A stretch of 64,000 nucleotides of DNA, taken from the sequence record DRR723986_6897. The stretch is one strand, 5' to 3'. The notes below the pieces were generated by a model, which saw only the letters and a list, made by a program, of their open reading frames with translations, was not told where the DNA came from and made no database searches. The position numbers and the translations under genes were made by a program. Shown here in pieces: positions 1 through 9,605 of the stretch; position 1 is the stretch's first letter; each line of letters begins with the position of its first letter.

Positions 1-633
1 CGCCGCTGCCCCTATGCCATGCGGGCGCGTATGGCTATGGTTATTGCGGGCGTCCATGCTGAGCTGCGCGAAGTGGTGCTGAAGGACAAACCCGCCCAGA
101 TGTTAGAGGCCTCGGCCAAAGGCACGGTGCCGGTGTTGGTGTTACCAAGCGGTGAAGTAATTGATGAAAGCCTGGACATTATGTATTGGGCGCTGCGCCA
201 ATCCGACCCGGAAAATTGGCTCACCGCAGACCGGCCCGACGCCAAGCTGGAAACCCAGGCTCTCATCGCTGACAATGACGGCCCTTTCAAACATCATCTG
301 GACCGCTTTAAATACGCCAGCCGCTATGAAGGCGTAAGCTCGGAAGAACACGGCCTTGCCGCCGAGCCTTACCTGCGCGCGCTTGATGACCGCCTGCGGG
401 ACAGCAAACATTTAATGGGTGAAACCCGTAGTCTTGCAGACATTGCCATTTTCCCCTTTGTGCGCCAATTCGCCAATGCTGCGAAAGAAAACAATAATGA
501 CGCCCTCACCATGGCGCGCTTTCCGGGGGTTGACCGCTGGCTCAGGGGCCATGTGGCTACGCCTTTGTTCGCGTCCATCATGGGGAAATACCCGCAGTGG
601 CAACCGGGCGAACCAACGGTTCATTTTCCCTAA
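1..633 (+). CDS. Glutathione S-transferase family protein (5' end outside window)
   Basis: Frame 1 is open from base 1 and reads RRCPYAMRAR; also KGTVPVL, IDESLDI and C-domain LADIAIFPFVRQFA. Confidence 0.9.
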   Translation, partial: RRCPYAMRARMAMVIAGVHAELREVVLKDKPAQMLEASAKGTVPVLVLPSGEVIDESLDIMYWALRQSDPENWLTADRPDAKLETQALIADNDGPFKHHLDRFKYASRYEGVSSEEHGLAAEPYLRALDDRLRDSKHLMGETRSLADIAIFPFVRQFANAAKENNNDALTMARFPGVDRWLRGHVATPLFASIMGKYPQWQPGEPTVHFP

Positions 634-655
634 TCAGCAATAACCCTTGCGGGTG

Positions 656-681
656 TTTTGCGCCGCGCCTTTTTCAGGGGC
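656..681. terminator. GC-rich hairpin after GST, possible terminator
   Basis: cgccgcgcct-ttttc-aggggcgcgggcg imperfect stem just after the stop codon; U-tract is weak. Confidence 0.35.
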
Positions 682-903
682 GCGGGCGAAATATTTCTTA
701 TGGGGAGGGGTGTCGTGACTCGGGTCGTTATTGGTTTGGTGCGGTTAGTGCTGTCATGCCCGGGTTGTGTGCAAAGCCAATGGCCAGATCAGTTACAAGC
801 CTTGCGTCTCTTTCTGCTACGGGCTAAATCTGCTGCCAGATAGCCGCTTGCGCTAACCTGTGCGAAGCGTGCGATAATCAGAATATATAAAGGGATAGAT
901 CAC

Positions 904-1353
904 ATGGCGAATGAAGTGGCACCGAAAAATGCGCCCAAGAAAGCAAAAGTGAAATGGGTCGGCGACATGACCTTCCTCGGCGAAAGCCCGTCGGGCAACA
1001 GTGTGGTGATGGACGCCGGCGTTGAGAGCGGCGGCAACAACATGGGCGTGCGCCCCATGGAAATGCTGCTGTTGGGTATGGGTGGCTGCGCCAGCATTGA
1101 TGTGATCATGATCCTGAAAAAAGCCCGGCAGAATGTGCTTGATTGTTGGGTGGAACTGGACGGCGAGCGCGTCGATGATCACCCGCGTTATTTTAACAAA
1201 ATCCACGCCAAGTTTTTCGTCAAAGGCAACAACATCGACGCCAAACATGTGGAACGCGCGATCCAGCTATCCATGGACAAATACTGCTCCGCCTCCGCGC
1301 AAATGGCAGGCCTTGCTAAAATTACGACTGAGTTTGAAGTGCTTGAGGGGTAA
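904..1353 (+). CDS. OsmC/YhfA family protein
   Basis: RPMEMLLLGMGGCASIDV and KYCSAS, the two conserved cysteines. Confidence 0.9.
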   Translation: MANEVAPKNAPKKAKVKWVGDMTFLGESPSGNSVVMDAGVESGGNNMGVRPMEMLLLGMGGCASIDVIMILKKARQNVLDCWVELDGERVDDHPRYFNKIHAKFFVKGNNIDAKHVERAIQLSMDKYCSASAQMAGLAKITTEFEVLEG

Positions 1354-1383
1354 GGGTTGGTAAGATATGGCTATAAGCCCAGT

Positions 1384-2367
1384 TTACTTGAATGGGACCT
1401 CAACATAGTGAGCACCATCTTCTAATTGGGTAACGAACAGTCCACCTTCTTTCACGATTTGAACTAGCAGTTCGTCCAGTTCGTCAAAACTATCATGGTT
1501 TTGCCAACTTCCGCGCTGATCAAAAATCGTTTCGAATATATCATTGAGTTTAAAAAAGTATTTTTCAAACCAGTGTCCTTCAAGCCCCTTGATTTGAATG
1601 CTATCGACCTGAGTACTTTCTTGTTTGCCTGAATAGCTTCCTAGAAAGTAAGCAGAGTAGATCAACAACTTGCCATAAATCTCGAATATTTCGTTTGCGA
1701 TGCGACCGTGGTCCCCATGAGTCCGATACTTGAGTATTGCGGCATTTGCTTCAGCTTTAGTAGATTCAAGTGATTGTTCGAGTGTGAACTGATAGTTGTC
1801 TGTTGGGTCTTCGCCAATTTTTACAACTAGCCTGCAAACTGCATATTCATCCCAAGCTCGATGAATATGTGCGCTTGCATAACTACGGGGGTTACTGGAA
1901 AACATTAGATCTGGAAATGCCTGGACATATAATTGGGTAATGTGTACGTGCGCGCATTCGTGTGAAACGGTATGCAGAGAAAATTGAAAGTGCTCATCTT
2001 TATCATCAAGCAATGCATTTATTACGGGTGCATAAAAAACTAGATGACTTTTGATTTGACCATTGCGCTTTACAGGGGCTGCCATGGCAATTCCATATAC
2101 TACGCCGGTAGATCTTTTTAGAGTTCGGGTAGCCTCAAAGCCTCTATCTAGTTCCTCCAGTGCTTTATCATAGTCGTATGCTAGTGTTATGCCGTCTAGC
2201 CCACTAAGGTCTATTATCCGGCTCAACATCCACATTACATTATATAAATTTTGGCTAACTTCGTTTGCTTTGCTTTCGCAATCGAACCCAATGGCCGCGA
2301 TCTTGATATCTATAGGAATAGTTGGATTAGGCAGTTCCTTAGTTCCAGACGGCGAGGAGTCATTCAT
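1384..2367 (-). CDS. Hypothetical protein with HExxH...E zincin-like motif, low GC
   Basis: 327-aa ORF; HECAH followed by WDEY; AT-rich relative to its flanks. Confidence 0.75.
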   Translation of the reverse strand: MNDSSPSGTKELPNPTIPIDIKIAAIGFDCESKANEVSQNLYNVMWMLSRIIDLSGLDGITLAYDYDKALEELDRGFEATRTLKRSTGVVYGIAMAAPVKRNGQIKSHLVFYAPVINALLDDKDEHFQFSLHTVSHECAHVHITQLYVQAFPDLMFSSNPRSYASAHIHRAWDEYAVCRLVVKIGEDPTDNYQFTLEQSLESTKAEANAAILKYRTHGDHGRIANEIFEIYGKLLIYSAYFLGSYSGKQESTQVDSIQIKGLEGHWFEKYFFKLNDIFETIFDQRGSWQNHDSFDELDELLVQIVKEGGLFVTQLEDGAHYVEVPFK

Positions 2368-2371
2368 TACC

Positions 2372-4165
2372 TTATATCTCAGCCGTCGCAGCCTTTAGCC
2401 AAGCCAGTGCCTCGCCTTCCACCAATGGGCTGATTTTGGTGAATACGTCTTTGTGATAGGCGTTCAGCCATGCAAGCTCGGCCTCGCTCATCAGGTTCAC
2501 GTCCACCAAGCTGCGTTCAATGGGGGCGAAGGTGAGGGTTTCAAAGCCCATCATATGGCGGCCTGGCTCTCCGGCGTCAGCGCCCTCAAGCGCTTTCACC
2601 AGCACCAGATTTTCAATGCGAATGCCGTATTCCCCGGCTTTATAATAGCCCGGCTCATTCGAGAGAATCATGCCCGGCTCCAGCGCTACGTCCGAACTAC
2701 CTTTGGCGATACGTTGTGGCCCTTCGTGCACGGCCAAATACGAGCCAACGCCGTGGCCAGTGCCGTGGTCATAGTCCAGCCCTGCATCCCACAGCGGGCG
2801 GCGGGCGAGGCTGTCGAGCGCCATGCCCGGTGTGCCTTTGGGGAACCGTGCGGTGGCCAGTGCGATGTGGCCCTTCAGCACCCGGGTGAAATTCTTAATC
2901 ATCTCGCTTGTGGGTGTGCCCACAGGAATGGTGCGGGTAATGTCGGTGGTGCCGTCAAAATACTGGCCGCCGCTGTCGACCAGATAGAGGCTGTTCATAT
3001 CCAGCGGGCGGTTGCTGGTTTCGTCCACCCTATAGTGACAATGCGCGCCGTTCGGCCCTGAGGCAGAGATGGTATCAAAGCTGTTGTCTTGCAGCAATTC
3101 ACGCTTTTGCCGGAATGACCATAGCTTTGCCACGGCTTTCAACTCGTCCACCGTGCCTTTGGGGGCTTCTACTGAAAGCCAGTGCAGAAACTCGGTAATG
3201 GCCGCGCCGTCGCGGATGTGGGCATTGCGGGTGCCTTGCTGCTCGGTCGGATTTTTAATTGCCTTGGGTAAAATGCAGGGGTCTTCGCCTTCCTGCAGGG
3301 TGGCGCCTGAGCTGCTCAACACATCAAATATTTTGGCGTTATTGGTGGCGCGGTCTACCAGCACCCGCTGGCCCGCTTCGCCCATGCTGGCCAAATGGTC
3401 ATAAAAGGCGGTGCGTGGCTCGATGGAAACCCTGTTACCGAGGGCTGTTCGTACGGGCTCGTCCACCTTGTCCAGGTTCACAAAAAGAGTTGCGCTTTCG
3501 TCGGCCCTGAGCACAGCAAAGGCGTGTGCCACCGGCGTGTTTTGCACGTCGTTAGCGCGAATGTTGAAGGCCCATGCCACACTGTCCAGCATGGTAACAA
3601 CGGCGGCGTCTGCGCCCTCGGCGCTGAGGGTTTTTGCGATGTCTGCGCGTTTCTCGGCGGCGGTGCGTCCAGCGTATTTGTCCGCCTGCACAACCACGGG
3701 GGCCATAGGCTCAGCGGGGCGGTCTGTCCACACAGCATCAATGGGGTTGCTGTCAACGGCAACCAACTCAAGGCCAGCCTTACTCAGTTCAGCTTTGGCC
3801 ATTTCAACCCATGCAACGGTGGCAAGCTCAGGGTCATACCCCACCTTGGCGCCCTTTGGGGCATTTGCCGTTAGCCACGTCAAAAGGGGCATTTCCTGAA
3901 AATGATGATGCTCGAACACATTGCCGTCTACTTGGTCAGCCACCTGCAGGGTGTACCGGCCATCAACAAATATCGCACCCTTGTCCATCAACACTGCTGC
4001 ATTGCCTGCGCTGCCGCCAAAGCCGGTGAGCCAGCCAAGCCGCTCAGCGTAGCTGCCGACATATTCGCTCATATGTTCGTCGGTCAGCGGTACGATAAAA
4101 CCGTCCAGGCCGCGGGTGGCAAGTTCAGCGCGGAGGGCTTTGATATGGGCAGGGTTTGTTGTCAT
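2372..4165 (-). CDS. Xaa-Pro aminopeptidase (aminopeptidase P, M24B)
   Basis: DEHMSEY, DSGGQYFDGTTDITRT, HGTGHGVG..VHEGP, EPGYY, GIRIEN; start placed at MTTNPAH. Confidence 0.95.
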   Translation of the reverse strand: MTTNPAHIKALRAELATRGLDGFIVPLTDEHMSEYVGSYAERLGWLTGFGGSAGNAAVLMDKGAIFVDGRYTLQVADQVDGNVFEHHHFQEMPLLTWLTANAPKGAKVGYDPELATVAWVEMAKAELSKAGLELVAVDSNPIDAVWTDRPAEPMAPVVVQADKYAGRTAAEKRADIAKTLSAEGADAAVVTMLDSVAWAFNIRANDVQNTPVAHAFAVLRADESATLFVNLDKVDEPVRTALGNRVSIEPRTAFYDHLASMGEAGQRVLVDRATNNAKIFDVLSSSGATLQEGEDPCILPKAIKNPTEQQGTRNAHIRDGAAITEFLHWLSVEAPKGTVDELKAVAKLWSFRQKRELLQDNSFDTISASGPNGAHCHYRVDETSNRPLDMNSLYLVDSGGQYFDGTTDITRTIPVGTPTSEMIKNFTRVLKGHIALATARFPKGTPGMALDSLARRPLWDAGLDYDHGTGHGVGSYLAVHEGPQRIAKGSSDVALEPGMILSNEPGYYKAGEYGIRIENLVLVKALEGADAGEPGRHMMGFETLTFAPIERSLVDVNLMSEAELAWLNAYHKDVFTKISPLVEGEALAWLKAATAEI

Positions 4166-4297
4166 GTGTGCGTTCCAGCTTTGTAATTCATTTGCTAAAA
4201 CTTGTGCCTTCCCAAACAAGGGATTGCAAGTGCGCTTTTGCTTTACAGACGCGCTGGCAGCTTTTAGGGGTGGGGCAGGTAATTCTGAAGGACCGAA

Positions 4298-6490
4298 ATG
4301 CTGAAAGCCCCAAAAAACATTACTGCCCCCAAAGCACCCACCAAACCGCACACATTCAGCCATCACGGCGACACGGTTTCCGACCCCTATTTTTGGTTGA
4401 AAGACCCCGGCTATCCAGATGTAACCGACGAGGGTGTTTTGAGCTATTTGAAAGCGGAAAACGATTATTACGAATCCGTAACGAAAGCCGACAAGCCACA
4501 GATTGAAGCACTGTTCGCGGAAATTAAAGGCCGCATGCGCGAAGACGACGAAGGCGTGCCATATAGCCGGGGCTGCTACGATTTTCGCTGGGCCTTCCAG
4601 CCGGGCAAGCAGTACCGCACATGGTATTACCGGGTCCGGGCAGAAGACCCGTATAATGCCAATAACTGGCCAGAAACATGGGACGTGTTGTTTGACGAGA
4701 ATGTGGCCGCCGAAGGGCTGGAATATTTCAAGCTGGGCAGCCTTGCCGTCAGTCCCGATGGGCGGTTTATGGCCACAAGCGTTGATGACAATGGCTCTGA
4801 GCGTTTTACCGTGACGGTGAAAAACCTGGAAACTGGCGAAATGCTCGCAGAGGAACTTGGCGAAACATCCGGCGAAGTGGTGTGGGCAGGTGACAGCCAG
4901 ACATTTTTCTATGTGAAAGTTTCAAAAGAGTGGCGACCGTACCAAGTGCGCGGTCATATTTTAGGCACCGATGCGGTCGGCACTGACGACCCGATTATTT
5001 ATGAAGAATCGTCTTCCAGTTTTTTCATTCACATCCACGAAACATCGTCGGAAGACTATTTGGTGATCCGGGCGGCGGACCATGTGACCGCGGAAAATCA
5101 TATTTTGGATATGAAAAACCCAAGTTTGTTTCAACAAACAGCGAGTTTATCGCCAAAAAACGCCAGTTCGACTCTAATTTTTGACAGTAAAAATCTGATT
5201 TGTGCCAGCCCACGACGCGAAAATCATGATTATTCCATTGATCATGCGGTCGAAGGCTTTGTGATTCGTTCCAATAAGAATCACATGAACTACGGTGTTT
5301 TCATCGCACAAGGCGTGCGTGAAGAAAGTTGGGTGGAACAACTATCTGGCAATGAAACCCGCTATATCCGTGGTGTTCAGGCGTTTGACTTTTTCACCGC
5401 CGTTGAGGACCGCATCGACGGGCTAGACCAGATAACTATCCTGTCACCTGACGGAACAGCTTGCCAAATCCCCATGGATGAAGCGGTTTATGAAGTTGGC
5501 TTGGCCAACAATACTGAGTCCGGGCAAGGCTTCATCAGGCTTGGTTTTTCCAGCCTTCTCACCCCGCCAACCGTGCTGGATGTGCCGGTCAGCCTTGCTT
5601 CTGGCATGGTTAGCCCCGGTGAGCCGACCATTAGAAAAGTACAGGAAATTCCGTCTGGGTATGACCGTAGCATGTACCGGTCAGAGCGATTGATGGTTAC
5701 CGCCCGCGATGGTGCAAGAGTGCCGGTCAGTCTGGTTTACCGCGCTGACTGGCAGAAAAACACTAATGCCCCCATGCACTTATACGGATACGGCGCTTAC
5801 GGCCTTGGCATGAGCCCGTCTTTTTCTGCGCCGCGACTTTCCTTGCTGGACCGTGGTTTCATTTATGCCATTGCTCATGTTCGCGGCGGCGACGAATTGG
5901 GCAAAGGCTGGTATGAAAATGGTAAGCTGGAAGCGCGCACCAACACCTTCAACGACTTTGTTGATGTAGCAAAAAGCCTTACAGAACAAGGCTATGCAAC
6001 GCCTGGTGGCATCAGCATTTCCGGCGGCAGTGCAGGCGGCGAGTTGATGGGGGCGGTGCTGAACCAGGCACCAGAACTATTCAAAGGCGCGGTATTGCAT
6101 GTGCCATTTGTTGATGTTTTGAACACCATGCTTGATGCTGACTTGCCGCTTACCCCTATTGAATGGCCTGAGTGGGGCAACCCCATTGAGGACGCTGGTG
6201 CTTACCAAAACATCAAGGGCTATTGCCCCTACACCAACATGGAAGCCAAAGCTTATCCGCCGATGTTTGTCACCGGCGGGCTCAATGATCCTCGGGTTAC
6301 CTACTGGGAGCCTGCTAAATGGACCGCCAAGATGCGGGCGCTGAAAACTGATGACAATCTCTTGGTGATGAAAATCAACATGGGCGCGGGCCACGGCGGC
6401 AAGTCAGGTCGGTTTGAGCGCTACTATGAAGTGGCCGAGGAATATATGTTTCTGCTCAATTGCTTTGAAGGTGGCTCAGACAAGACCTAG
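4298..6490 (+). CDS. ptrB: Oligopeptidase B / S9A peptidase
   Basis: DPYFWL, YGYGAYG, HVRGG, GGSAGG nucleophile, DPRV, AGHGG. Confidence 0.92.
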   Translation: MLKAPKNITAPKAPTKPHTFSHHGDTVSDPYFWLKDPGYPDVTDEGVLSYLKAENDYYESVTKADKPQIEALFAEIKGRMREDDEGVPYSRGCYDFRWAFQPGKQYRTWYYRVRAEDPYNANNWPETWDVLFDENVAAEGLEYFKLGSLAVSPDGRFMATSVDDNGSERFTVTVKNLETGEMLAEELGETSGEVVWAGDSQTFFYVKVSKEWRPYQVRGHILGTDAVGTDDPIIYEESSSSFFIHIHETSSEDYLVIRAADHVTAENHILDMKNPSLFQQTASLSPKNASSTLIFDSKNLICASPRRENHDYSIDHAVEGFVIRSNKNHMNYGVFIAQGVREESWVEQLSGNETRYIRGVQAFDFFTAVEDRIDGLDQITILSPDGTACQIPMDEAVYEVGLANNTESGQGFIRLGFSSLLTPPTVLDVPVSLASGMVSPGEPTIRKVQEIPSGYDRSMYRSERLMVTARDGARVPVSLVYRADWQKNTNAPMHLYGYGAYGLGMSPSFSAPRLSLLDRGFIYAIAHVRGGDELGKGWYENGKLEARTNTFNDFVDVAKSLTEQGYATPGGISISGGSAGGELMGAVLNQAPELFKGAVLHVPFVDVLNTMLDADLPLTPIEWPEWGNPIEDAGAYQNIKGYCPYTNMEAKAYPPMFVTGGLNDPRVTYWEPAKWTAKMRALKTDDNLLVMKINMGAGHGGKSGRFERYYEVAEEYMFLLNCFEGGSDKT

Positions 6491-6930
6491 CCACCCGCGT
6501 TTTGGCGCAAATGCTCAAGCGTTGGTGCCATGCCAGAAAGGTCATATCCCGCCTTGTCGCCGTGCGCGAGAATCTCTTCTGTTGCCAACCCGCCAGTAAG
6601 GGCTTCGGCTAAGCCCCAAAGTGTGCAAGACCGGGTGCCAGACCGGCAGAATGCAAGGGCTTTGGTGTCATTGTCTTTCAGGGCAGAAGCCATCTCCTGA
6701 ATGCCTTCCATGGTTAGCTGCCCGCCGACAACTGGAATATGAACCCACCCAATGCCTTGTTCTTTGGCAACTTCAGCTAAAGCCGCGTTTGCCGGTTGGC
6801 TGGCTTCCTCGCCGTCTGGTCGGTTGTTGATAATCAATCCAAAACCCTCTTTCGCGGCGCGGGCAATATCATCTGCATCAATTTGCGGTGCAACGCATAG
6901 GGTGTCGGTTACTTTCAGAAATTCAGTCAT
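6487..6930 (-). CDS. TIGR01244-type sulfur transferase / phosphatase-like protein
   Basis: IINNRPDGEE and AFCRSGTRS. Confidence 0.85.
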   Translation of the reverse strand: MTEFLKVTDTLCVAPQIDADDIARAAKEGFGLIINNRPDGEEASQPANAALAEVAKEQGIGWVHIPVVGGQLTMEGIQEMASALKDNDTKALAFCRSGTRSCTLWGLAEALTGGLATEEILAHGDKAGYDLSGMAPTLEHLRQNAGG

Positions 6931-6967
6931 GTGGCTCTCCGGCGTTCGCTAACAGGTTTAATTGGCC

Positions 6968-7597
6968 CTAGAATGGCGCGTTTGAGTAATAGTGCCAAGC
7001 AAGTAATGCAACAGCACTGCGATAGGGGTGCCAGCGCTCGCCAATATCCTGCGCTTGCTTTTCGGTTGGGCGGTCTTCGCGCTCAATAATCCGCCCGGCA
7101 CCAACCCGCACCGCCAAGTCACCAACCGGCCAAATGTTGGGCCGCCCCAGCGAGAACATTAAATACATATGCGCGCTCCAAACCCCAAGGCCTTTAACAG
7201 CGGTAATGGCGGCAATAGCCTCGTCGTCTGACTGGTGCGGCAATGCTTTAATATCAAGGGTGCCATCGGTCACGGTTTGGCAAAGCGATCGCACATAAGC
7301 GATCTTCTGCCGCGATAAGCCTGCCGCACGCAGTTGTTCGTCGGTGATAGTTTCAAACGCTTTGGGCTCCGCGCCTTCTCCAACTAAACCGATCACTCGC
7401 CCGAAAATGGTTGCAGCCGCTTTAACAGAAAGCTGTTGCCCTACAATCACCCGCAGGAAAACCACGAATGATTGTTCGTTCACCCGCTCAGCGGGATAGC
7501 CAACCTGATCAAGTGCTGCTTGAATATGTGCGTCTTTCAAAGCCAACTGTGTTAGTTGCTCGCGAATATGGGCATTTGAAAGTTTGAAGTTATCCAT
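6968..7597 (-). CDS. DNA-3-methyladenine glycosylase II (AlkA family, HhH-GPD)
   Basis: IVGQQLSVKAA, VKGLGVWSA, PVGDLAV, WHPYRS. Confidence 0.9.
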   Translation of the reverse strand: MDNFKLSNAHIREQLTQLALKDAHIQAALDQVGYPAERVNEQSFVVFLRVIVGQQLSVKAAATIFGRVIGLVGEGAEPKAFETITDEQLRAAGLSRQKIAYVRSLCQTVTDGTLDIKALPHQSDDEAIAAITAVKGLGVWSAHMYLMFSLGRPNIWPVGDLAVRVGAGRIIEREDRPTEKQAQDIGERWHPYRSAVALLAWHYYSNAPF

Positions 7598-7690
7598 GTT
7601 TACTGCCTGATTAATTTACCCCTAAGGTTGCTATCACAGCCATAGCCCTAAGCCAGTATTTAGTTCATACAGGTCCGAAATCAGCGATAT

Positions 7691-9454
7691 TTAATAGGGC
7701 CCGAAGGTGCCCGCAACGCCGCTCATCACAAGGGCCAGAAACACCATCAGCGCTGCCGCCGTGATCAGCGCTAGATGAGGCGCAATAATCAGCCTTATGG
7801 GCCCAGAGTATGTGTTTTTGTTTCGGGCAAATGACAATACGAACATGGGCAGAGCGAGCAACAGCATTAAGCCAATGTTCAGGCTGGTGCGCCACAAAAT
7901 TACAACCCACGGCTGGTCCTGCACATATAAAACTGACGCCCAGCTGTTCATCTCAAAATACAGACCAGCCCCTACCAGTGCAGCTCCTGCAAGCCCAAAC
8001 AGGCCCATATTGCGCCAAGGTTTTGCACGCGGCCGAAGGGCGTACAAGCCAGCGCTTGCACTCAGCAATAGCGCCCAAGGCATCAGATCGAAAAGTGACC
8101 CCACCCTGCCCAAACTATCAACCCGCCTGTAGAGCGTTTCGTTGCCGTTGACATCGGTTGCCGAAAGGTACCCACCCAGTTTGTAGGGGCTGAAGTGAAG
8201 GCGGCGTATGAAACCATCTTGTTCGGTATTTTGATAATCATAAGCCCCAGTTTCAAGGTAGTTTTCTGGGACACCGCCAGACAGGCTTGCTAGCAGATTT
8301 GCTCCTGTGTAACCGTAAATCGATAGCCACTCACCCTTCAGTATGGCAAGGCGCTCCGACAACCCAGCCGGGGACCGACTGGCTAAAATATAGCGCCCTT
8401 CAAGCTTGCTGGGCCGTGCAAGCTGAGTGTCCATCACAGTTGCATTGTTCCGGGGCGGAAAATAGTCACGCGCCAATTTCAGGCTGGAAGTTTGCAGTAA
8501 ACCTTGAGTGCAGGCAGGCGCATCGCCGTGTCCAGCGATGAAGGCAGCACCCTGCACGGGAAAAGCTATGAAAGCCAACGCGCTGGAACAGGTAACGCTT
8601 AGTCCTTTGATAATTTTATAGCCTGATATTTGGCTGATACTTATGCCAAGCGCCTTTGTTGATCCGTTTGGATGCAATTTGAACCCACGAGAGGCTTTTA
8701 TGAGCGAAGCATATGTGTCGCGCTTTAAAAAAAGTTGTCCGGCTTTGTCCCGGTTGCGAATAAGGGGCCGAACAATTTCGGCGAATGAGGCAATCGATAG
8801 TTCCAGTACAAGGGGCATAAATTCGCCGCTTAGGCTTTGGTGGCGCACATCAAGGCTGGCGCTGGATAACCCCAACGGCTGCGTTATGTGACCATCAATC
8901 AATTGAGAAATTGGCGCACCACCAACCTGTTCCAGCACTGCGGCCAGCACGGCCCATCCCACTGGGTCGTGGCTGCTGGCTTGGCCAGCGCTGCGTATGC
9001 TAATGGCAAAAGGCTTCAGTTTATCTTGGCTTATGGCCGCATTTATTGGTTTGCTTTCAAGCGACATGGGCGGGGAGGCAAAGCCAGCGGTTTCTTGCAA
9101 CAAGTGCCGAACGGTTATGGGGGCATCAAATGGGTTTGTCGGTATAAGGCCGGGTAAGTATAAGGACACAGAGGCATCAAGGTCCAGCGCAGCTTTGTCT
9201 GCCATGCGTAGTGTTAAAAGCGACAGTACAAGCTTAGTGGCGGACGCGTCAGAATAGCGGCGTTGATCATCTGTCTTATTCAGGCCGTAGGTTTGCGCCC
9301 CGTTAATGTAAAAAGCTGTCGTGCCTGGGGTGTTTGCTGCCAGTTCCGGCAGTATATCTTCAGGGTTCAGGACAATGGCCTGGCTGGTAGCCGGTATTGA
9401 TGCCGTAATAAGGCAAAGGCTTACCAAAGCTGACAGTAAGGCACTATGCCACAT
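7691..9454 (-). CDS. Membrane-anchored beta-lactamase-like serine hydrolase, degenerate
   Basis: Signal peptide, SATK (SxxK), ITVRHLLQETAG, four C-terminal TM segments; start uncertain. Confidence 0.7.
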   Translation of the reverse strand: MWHSALLSALVSLCLITASIPATSQAIVLNPEDILPELAANTPGTTAFYINGAQTYGLNKTDDQRRYSDASATKLVLSLLTLRMADKAALDLDASVSLYLPGLIPTNPFDAPITVRHLLQETAGFASPPMSLESKPINAAISQDKLKPFAISIRSAGQASSHDPVGWAVLAAVLEQVGGAPISQLIDGHITQPLGLSSASLDVRHQSLSGEFMPLVLELSIASFAEIVRPLIRNRDKAGQLFLKRDTYASLIKASRGFKLHPNGSTKALGISISQISGYKIIKGLSVTCSSALAFIAFPVQGAAFIAGHGDAPACTQGLLQTSSLKLARDYFPPRNNATVMDTQLARPSKLEGRYILASRSPAGLSERLAILKGEWLSIYGYTGANLLASLSGGVPENYLETGAYDYQNTEQDGFIRRLHFSPYKLGGYLSATDVNGNETLYRRVDSLGRVGSLFDLMPWALLLSASAGLYALRPRAKPWRNMGLFGLAGAALVGAGLYFEMNSWASVLYVQDQPWVVILWRTSLNIGLMLLLALPMFVLSFARNKNTYSGPIRLIIAPHLALITAAALMVFLALVMSGVAGTFGPY

Positions 9455-9605
9455 GAATTTCAGCGCTTTTAAAATGGCCCCACCCTTTTTCCTGATTGCG
9501 CAACCCGTGCTTGGTCGCTTATTAAGCCTTATCACTAATAAAAAAGCCATACGGCAATTTGTTACTGGTTTACAGGCAGTTCACTGGCTGCGGTAGGGGC
9601 AAGGC

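Noticed and set aside
682-903. Short ORFs in the GST-osmC intergenic region
   Set aside because: No convincing RBS or protein-like composition; probably promoter sequence
4166-4366. N-terminal extension of aminopeptidase P in the ORF track
   Set aside because: Overlaps the divergent ptrB start and has no family similarity; start placed at 4165
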